Positions 57,330 through 64,000 of a stretch of 64,000 nt of DNA are shown here, one piece after another. Position 1 is the first letter of the stretch. Each line of letters begins with the position of its first letter. The stretch lies in NCBI RefSeq assembly GCF_009914755.1, contig NC_060931.1; one strand, written 5' to 3'. The notes under the pieces were generated by a model. The model saw only the letters and a program-made list of their open reading frames with translations, made no database searches and had not been told where the DNA came from. This stretch comes from the human T2T-CHM13v2.0 reference genome, Homo sapiens. A program made the position numbers and the translations under genes.

Positions 57330-58140
57330 TAGTATTTCAAAGCACTATGGATAAATGATAGATTCTTCCATAAATGTTGTTTGGATAACTGGATTGTCAT
57401 CCAAAAAATAATAATAATAATAAAGTTTGATTATCACTTCATGTCCTACAACCTTGTACTAAAATTTCAGATTGATCAACAATCTAAACTTAAGATATAG
57501 GACAATTAAAGTAATTAAGAAACATTAAAAGTTTGTATAAAACCTTTGTGGGAAATGCCATTTATAATAAAATAAGACACAAAATCCAGAAGACATTAAA
57601 AAATTGATAAATTTTATGACTTAAAATTTTAAAGAAAAAAATCCTACATGAATAACATAAACTTTTTTTCACTCAAAAAACAAAGGCTTTCTTTCTTATT
57701 TTAAACATAAAAATCAGTGAAAGTTGAATTTTTAAAATGAACAAAGGAAAAGAACAGTCCAGAGAGAAGGAAACTCAAATGACTCTTAAAATGTAAAAAG
57801 ATACTATCTCAGCCATAAATATATGAAATGGAAATTAAAACAAACTAAGAAGCAGTTATATTCTTAGTCTTCTGACTGTAGTCCCAAATAACATTTCCCA
57901 TTAAAAGGAACAAGTGCTCCTTGGAGAAGTGGCTGACCTCAGACCTTGGTCCATAATGTAAGATGGGCTTAGAATCTTTTCATTCTAGAAAGCAAGGAAA
58001 CTATTAAAACTATTAGGATTATATCACAGAGACTTCGATATCAACTTGAAGAGATACCTACTGGGAAAAGACAGGACAACTTGTTCATAATAAGGATAAT
58101 AACTGCAACAGATTGAAATAAGCCTAAACAAGCCTAAGAA
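57330..58140 (+). mobile_element. Old L1M fragments
   Basis: degenerate ORF2/3'UTR-like motifs (ataaatgttgtttggataactgg, tcccattaaaaggaac); approximate. Confidence 0.55.
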
Positions 58141-60830
58141 TATAAAAAATTCAATGTTGGCAATATGTGCTAGAAATATTCTGTGAGGCCACATCAGAAA
58201 ATGTCATATTATAATTAAATATCGAGTTCTGAGATTAAGTAAAGAAATTCAGTATTTTAATTCTTTGAAAAAATAGCACAGGCAGTCTTCTTATGAATGT
58301 AATAATACCTTTGGTATTGATTTTGATTTATTCACTCTAAAATCACCTGTGTTTTATTTTTTTAAGTCAAATTTAATGTGATAGAAAATTCATCACATAT
58401 GGCTAGTCAATCCCTACCTGGGTCACCAAATTAACCTGACTTTAAATTTATAATTCATGTAGAAAATGATATAGCCTTCTATAATAAATTACTTAAGTAG
58501 CTTACCTGGAATCTCTTTACATAAATAAACTACGCACTATTCAAAGCGGGCCCATACTTAAAAAGCAGAATAAAATGAAGTTTCGTAGTAATTGACATCA
58601 TGGTCTAGATATCATAATTTCAATCACTTAATAAAATACCAAGAACTTTAATAAATGTAAGTATGATTGGCTATTTTTTAACAGTTACGCACATGCCTTC
58701 ACTATTATAGATATTTTAGGACAAATTTTATAGAAAACAATAGTAGTGATAAGCATTTATTCAGTGTAAACAGACAATTAACTTATGATATTTACTATGC
58801 ACTGCATGATAAGGCATAGCATATCCAATTTGCATTTGGGTTACACCATAACGGTCTCTTAGAAAAAAAATATGCTATACATATTATAATTTAATATGGC
58901 TAAATAATTATATATAATAAAAGTAGGCATTTATATATTTTAATATGTAAGATAAATAGGAGAATGCTAGAAATAAAATGAGTAAACATTTATGTATACA
59001 CTTTTAAAAATTTAACTGAAGGATGGAGGTAATTATTTAGACGTTCAGACATGGCAAGGAAAGAACCATCTTGACTCCAAGTTAACTTTAAGATATGGAT
59101 TTTCTCTTCTGTGTCTTTCCTGACCACCTTCTCTGGGTTTGACTGCTCTGCTGTTATTCTGACCACATAGAATGGAGCAGGAATCAAAATTCTTTTTTTA
59201 GAACAAAGATGCTTTTTATAAAACCATGAATATCTACTTTTCATGGGAAGGAAGTCATAGTCTCGTTTTAGTATGCAGATGGGCTTTGGAATAATTCTTC
59301 AGTTCTAAATCCCTTCTTCCCTTTTACTTGGATGCATTTGAAAACTCTTCAATCCTATGAGTGTTCCTACTGCTGACTGAGTCATACTTGATCACAAAGG
59401 ATCACAGTCCTGTGTGGAGAAGAAAGAAAGGAATTGCTGGTAAAAGAAAACATAAATCCACCATCTGCACAGTAAGAACTGGACAGCTGCGAGGGAAAGG
59501 ACGCTTTCTCTAACAGCCGATTTGTTATTCAGCCCAGGCTGCAGCCATATAGCTCTCTTGGAGTTAAAAGTCTCAACAAAGGAAATTTTGGAAAACTAAG
59601 GTTAATGGGCAAAGTCTTTCATGATCATCAGAGGAGTCTAGGCTAAGGGCTTTTTGGTTGTTTCTCAGGGAGAGGAGAAAATGTACCTATATCATAGTGT
59701 ACTATACTTATACAGTTAAAGAAGAATTTTATTCCAAAATTATTTTCAAAGCTGATAACAATTAAATAATTATTTCTGATTTTATGATTTCAACGCCACA
59801 GTCTAACCTGTTCTAATCAGTTACATACTTGAAATGAGAAAACTTGCTCTATGAGTCTTGAGTGTGAGAGCATATTTTGCACCTTTCTTCTTGCTTCTGA
59901 TTCCTCCTTTTATCAAGACACAAAAATTAGCTTATACTACAGAAGCAAAAGAGACATTATAATATCCTTAACGTATTTTCTTTTCTTGCATGATATTATG
60001 GTGGCTTATGCCTCTCTATCAATAACAGAATAGAATAGAAATATGTAAAACTCAGACATAGGTAACCAGCATGTGGTTCTGCTTCACTGGAACCACATGA
60101 TCAGTGGTAAAAGAATGTAGAATAAACACAGTATCTAACACCAGCTTTTCAATTCAATGTGCACTTCACCACTCTGTGCACAGCGTATGTTAATTCTGGT
60201 AGGTCCTGCAAACAATTTCTGCAGAGCACTTTACAAGATACAAAATGTTTTTTTTCTAAATATTTTCCTTTATTGCTTCATCACAAATATTTAATAGAAG
60301 TATCTAAGTTCATGGTAATCCTCCAAAGAACAGCAGAGGGTAGAAACTGTGTTTTCTGGGCTCAACATTGGGAAGTACAATTAGTATAATGAGTGCCTCA
60401 GTGTGAAAAATCTCTATAATGAGGTACATAGTGTTATGAGAAGAGGAGAACATAGGAGCCTATTTCTTGTCCTGGAGGTGGTAGGGTGGTCTGGTTTGGG
60501 AAAGGGAGTGGTAATATTCTAGGATGCTTTTCCTAAGGAAGAAAAGAACCTACCAATTGGCTAAGAGTTCACATTAGGGACATTTTCTGTCTGTGGGGTA
60601 CTGTGATAAGCATATTTCTTACTTGTTTATTGTGTTGTTACTACATCCTCATAGGATAATTTTATCCTCATTTTATAAATAAACTTTCTTAGATTCAGAG
60701 ATTTTCAGAAACTTATGCAAATTTGCAACCTACTAACAGGCAGATCTTATTCCAAAATTTTTAAACCATTCCCCTATAATGGGAAGACATTCTAGAAGGA
60801 GAACAAAGCTTCTCATTCAAGACTTAGATA

Positions 60831-60989
60831 AAAATTAGCTGGGCATAGTGGTACACATCTGTAATCCCAGCTACTCAGGAGGCTGAGGCTTGAACCCAGG
60901 AGGTGGAGGTTGCAGTGAGCTGAGATTGTGCCACTGCACTCCAGCCTGAGTGACAGAGCAAGACTCCGTCTCAAAAAAAAAAAAAAAAA
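60831..60989 (+). mobile_element. Alu right-arm fragment
   Basis: aaaattagctgggc...gactccgtctc followed by A tail. Confidence 0.92.
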
Positions 60990-61729
60990 GACAGATAAAA
61001 GTCTGTAGGACAGCAGTGAGTAGCCCAGATGGATTGTAACCAAACACATATAAGGAAAGTTTAATGAGCAAGAGGGAGAGAAGAGACTGAGAAGTTATAT
61101 TAGAGCCAGACTCTGAAGGACACTAGCTATCTGAGATATACCATTTGAACTCTTCACTTAGTGTGCAATGGTAAACCTGGTTGTTTTGAAGAGACTTACT
61201 GGATGGCAAGATTAATTTGACAGCAGAGACATAGTGAGATTAAAAAGCATGTAAAAACAGTAAGGAAGTTAGTGATAGCAGTCAAAGATAATGATAGTCC
61301 TGGCAGGAGGAATAGAAAAAGAAATGGATTAGAAAAACAGTTTATGGATACAGCCAAAAGGATTCTGCTACTGATTCAACTTGGGGAAAAGTTAGGTTAC
61401 AAAAATTAGGTGTTAAGCATGGATGAAAAGGAAAAAAGTAGAAGCATAGTAGAAATGAATGAAAGGACGGGTTTTTAAGAAAACCTGATAACATTTCATA
61501 TGGGGAATGTGATTTGCCAATTTGTATGTTTTTTTAAATAATGGCAGAAAATAATAAAAACTTGATACAGTATATCAAAATGTATGTTAGCACTAAGATT
61601 CAGATTTGTGAACCAACATGCAATGGCAATAGTTGATGCCACTGAAGAATTTAGAAAATAAGTACAAAAAAGAAAGATATGGTGATGCTGCTGCTGCAGC
61701 TGGGTCTGCCGTTGATATGACAATGATAG

Positions 61730-61930
61730 CTATAGTCATACAACATTTACTATTTGCCAAGTAGTATTCTAGGTGCTTTATTTACATTAATTTAATCATC
61801 ACAGCAACCCTATATGTGAGGTAAGCTCCATTTTATGGAGGAGGACACTGAGCCACCATCAGAAAGAGTAACCTGCCCCATGTTACACATCCAGCAAGAA
61901 ACAGATTTTTAAGCCTACAGGTATGGATAC
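61730..61930 (-). mobile_element. MIR
   Basis: tttaatcatcacagcaaccct...ccattttatggaggaggacactgag...taacctgccc. Confidence 0.75.
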
Positions 61931-64000
61931 ACACACATATATACATGTGTGTATATATACAATTAATATCACCACTGTCATCAGTTTGGATTGCGTCCTT
62001 CCAGAGAGGAAAAGGTCTGCAAGACAATGTAAGCTGGTGAGAGTGTTTTTTGTTTTATTTTTTTCCAAAGAAAAGACTAAGATTGGGGTAATGTTCAATC
62101 AGTACTTTCAACTTGTCTCTGTTCTTTGAATTCTTTACAAAGAGGAAGGCAAAAACTTGCATAACTATAAATGAATGAAGCAACATGATTACTTTCAAAT
62201 TAAATCTACATATTATGGAGAAAAAATGTAGAATGTACATACATAAACCTGTAATTAATGATTTTTTCATAATTCAAATATTTGGAGATAACCACTATTG
62301 AAGATGTGTTAAATTCCCCTCCAGCCTTTACAGAATCTTTCATATCTTATTCCAAAAATTCACATTATATTTGAGTTTTACTTAGAAGTCAAACAAATAA
62401 TATTATGTCCTATTTCCATTTCTTTAATTAATAAATACTTTTCAATCTCTTTTCAATATCCTGTGCTACCACATTTTGGATGCCGATCCTTTCCTTAGCC
62501 CCAAGGTTTGCTGATTTTTATTTAGACATCACTGGACTGAAGAGATGTTTACCAGACTCAGTTCTGTTTGGAAACAAGGCAGGCAATTTTCTGTTTAACT
62601 ACTCACTGTCCACTTGGCTCCTTTACTTTTATACTCTCACATATTTAGCCAATGTAAATTTCTATTATCTCAACAGTGATTTAGCCACTTAAGGAATGGG
62701 AATCCTATAGAAAGTTCCCAAAGAAAAACACCATCAGTGAAGAGTTTACTTGCTTGTTATTTTTCTCTTTTCTTTTTTCTACGTTTGCTAAAGCTGCTAT
62801 ACTCGGGGTCAGGTTTTTGTTTGTGGGTTTTGTTTTGTTTTGTTTTTTATAGCCTTTTTCCCTACAACTGTATGTTTAGACCATCCTCTACATCATGTAG
62901 AGTTACGTGTTTTCACTCAGTCCCCTTCCTGATGTTCCTGGCCAGGAACCCTCCACCCTCCTGAGAGTTTACCAGAACTTCTATGCCCCCCATGAGGAAG
63001 CACTGCTCTGTCAGGTAGAAGTATTTGAACTTTAGCACTTTCCTCTAATTCTGCAGCATAGCTAATAAAACATCCTTGGAATTTCCAGTACATTGTAGCA
63101 ACTCTCCTTCTTAGTAGCTTGTGTCGATGAAGTAGTCCAAGTTGTGAGGGTGTAGATATGAGGGACTGGGGAAACCAGAAGGGGAATACAGAGAGAAGAG
63201 ACTGTTGGAACTGAGAGCCAGAATTTGAGCAGCTCTGTAATGGTAAAGCCAGAACAAGTATGATAAGAATAGAATAAAGCTGACACAGCAAAGAGACGTC
63301 CAGTTACTGCCCATACTAACCATCAAATCAGAAAGAGACAGGGTAGTGGAGTACCTTTGTACAGGACCTTTCTGACATGGTGACGGGGTATTGGATTGAA
63401 GAAGGGACAAAACCAAAAGTAGGACCCCAAGGGTTGGATTAGAGCTCCTGAACAAAAATCTGAACACTTGGAACATGAAAGAGCCCATTAGGTATCCACT
63501 TCTGACAGAAAAAGGGTATAAAGTAAAAGTGTCATCACAATAACAAAGCATCAGTTATATGAACTGGCTTAGGTCACAGAAGAATTATAGCAAGACAGAC
63601 TAGATACTGCCTCCCCTGATGTATTCAACCAAGGCTTTGTTAATTTGAGTTAAGCAAAGGTTTATTTGCACAGCCTGATAGATAGCCTATGATTGATTCC
63701 AAATCAGGGTTGAAATAAAAGCAGTTCACTAAAGACATTATATAAGAAATAAACATTTAAATTATGATTTATAAATGATTAGTATAGAAGAGGAAACAGT
63801 CAAAGAGTAATTAGTCCAGAAAGCTGGAAAGATCATCATATATATACTTGCATATATGTGATCTTGAATTTTCAATATTGATTTTAAAAATTCAAAAAAA
63901 ATTTAAAGAGTATTCAAATATTTGAACATACCAGTTTTAAATTTAAAAGTCAACATAATACTCAATTCTATTCAGAAGCATCTTTTATTGATTTATATTA

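Noticed and set aside
62917-63551. ORFs of 124 and 146 aa on the minus strand
   Set aside because: No recognisable domain, no match to SEMA3E exon 4 peptide, no convincing splice context

Overview
AT-rich, CpG-depleted primate DNA, human given a near-consensus AluYa5. The window lies inside SEMA3E (semaphorin-3E) on the minus strand. Twelve internal coding exons (5-16 of 17; numbering from my recall of the gene) were mapped by hand. All have AG/GT boundaries and splice into one open frame of 1419 nt (D153-E625: most of the Sema domain, the PSI domain, the furin site and the start of the Ig domain). Positions 39678-64000 are intron 4 and 1-6452 are intron 16. The rest is Alu, L1, L2, MIR, MaLR LTR, MER82, MADE1 and tandem repeats. 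There is no prokaryote-type system (no CRISPR, no operons), and I found no demonstrably new biological system. The most interesting observations are: an L1 with an apparent 3' transduction and a triple target site; an in-frame stop at the exon-14 donor that could encode a p61-like Sema3E; a UG repeat plus cryptic donor behind micro-exon 13; a candidate 51-nt poison exon; a palindromic GATA-site tandem array; a 284-bp unbroken purine-pyrimidine alternating VNTR; a locally templated insertion in an inverted L1; and an old direct duplication flanking exon 10. Repeat subfamily names come from memory of consensus sequences and need RepeatMasker/Dfam confirmation.
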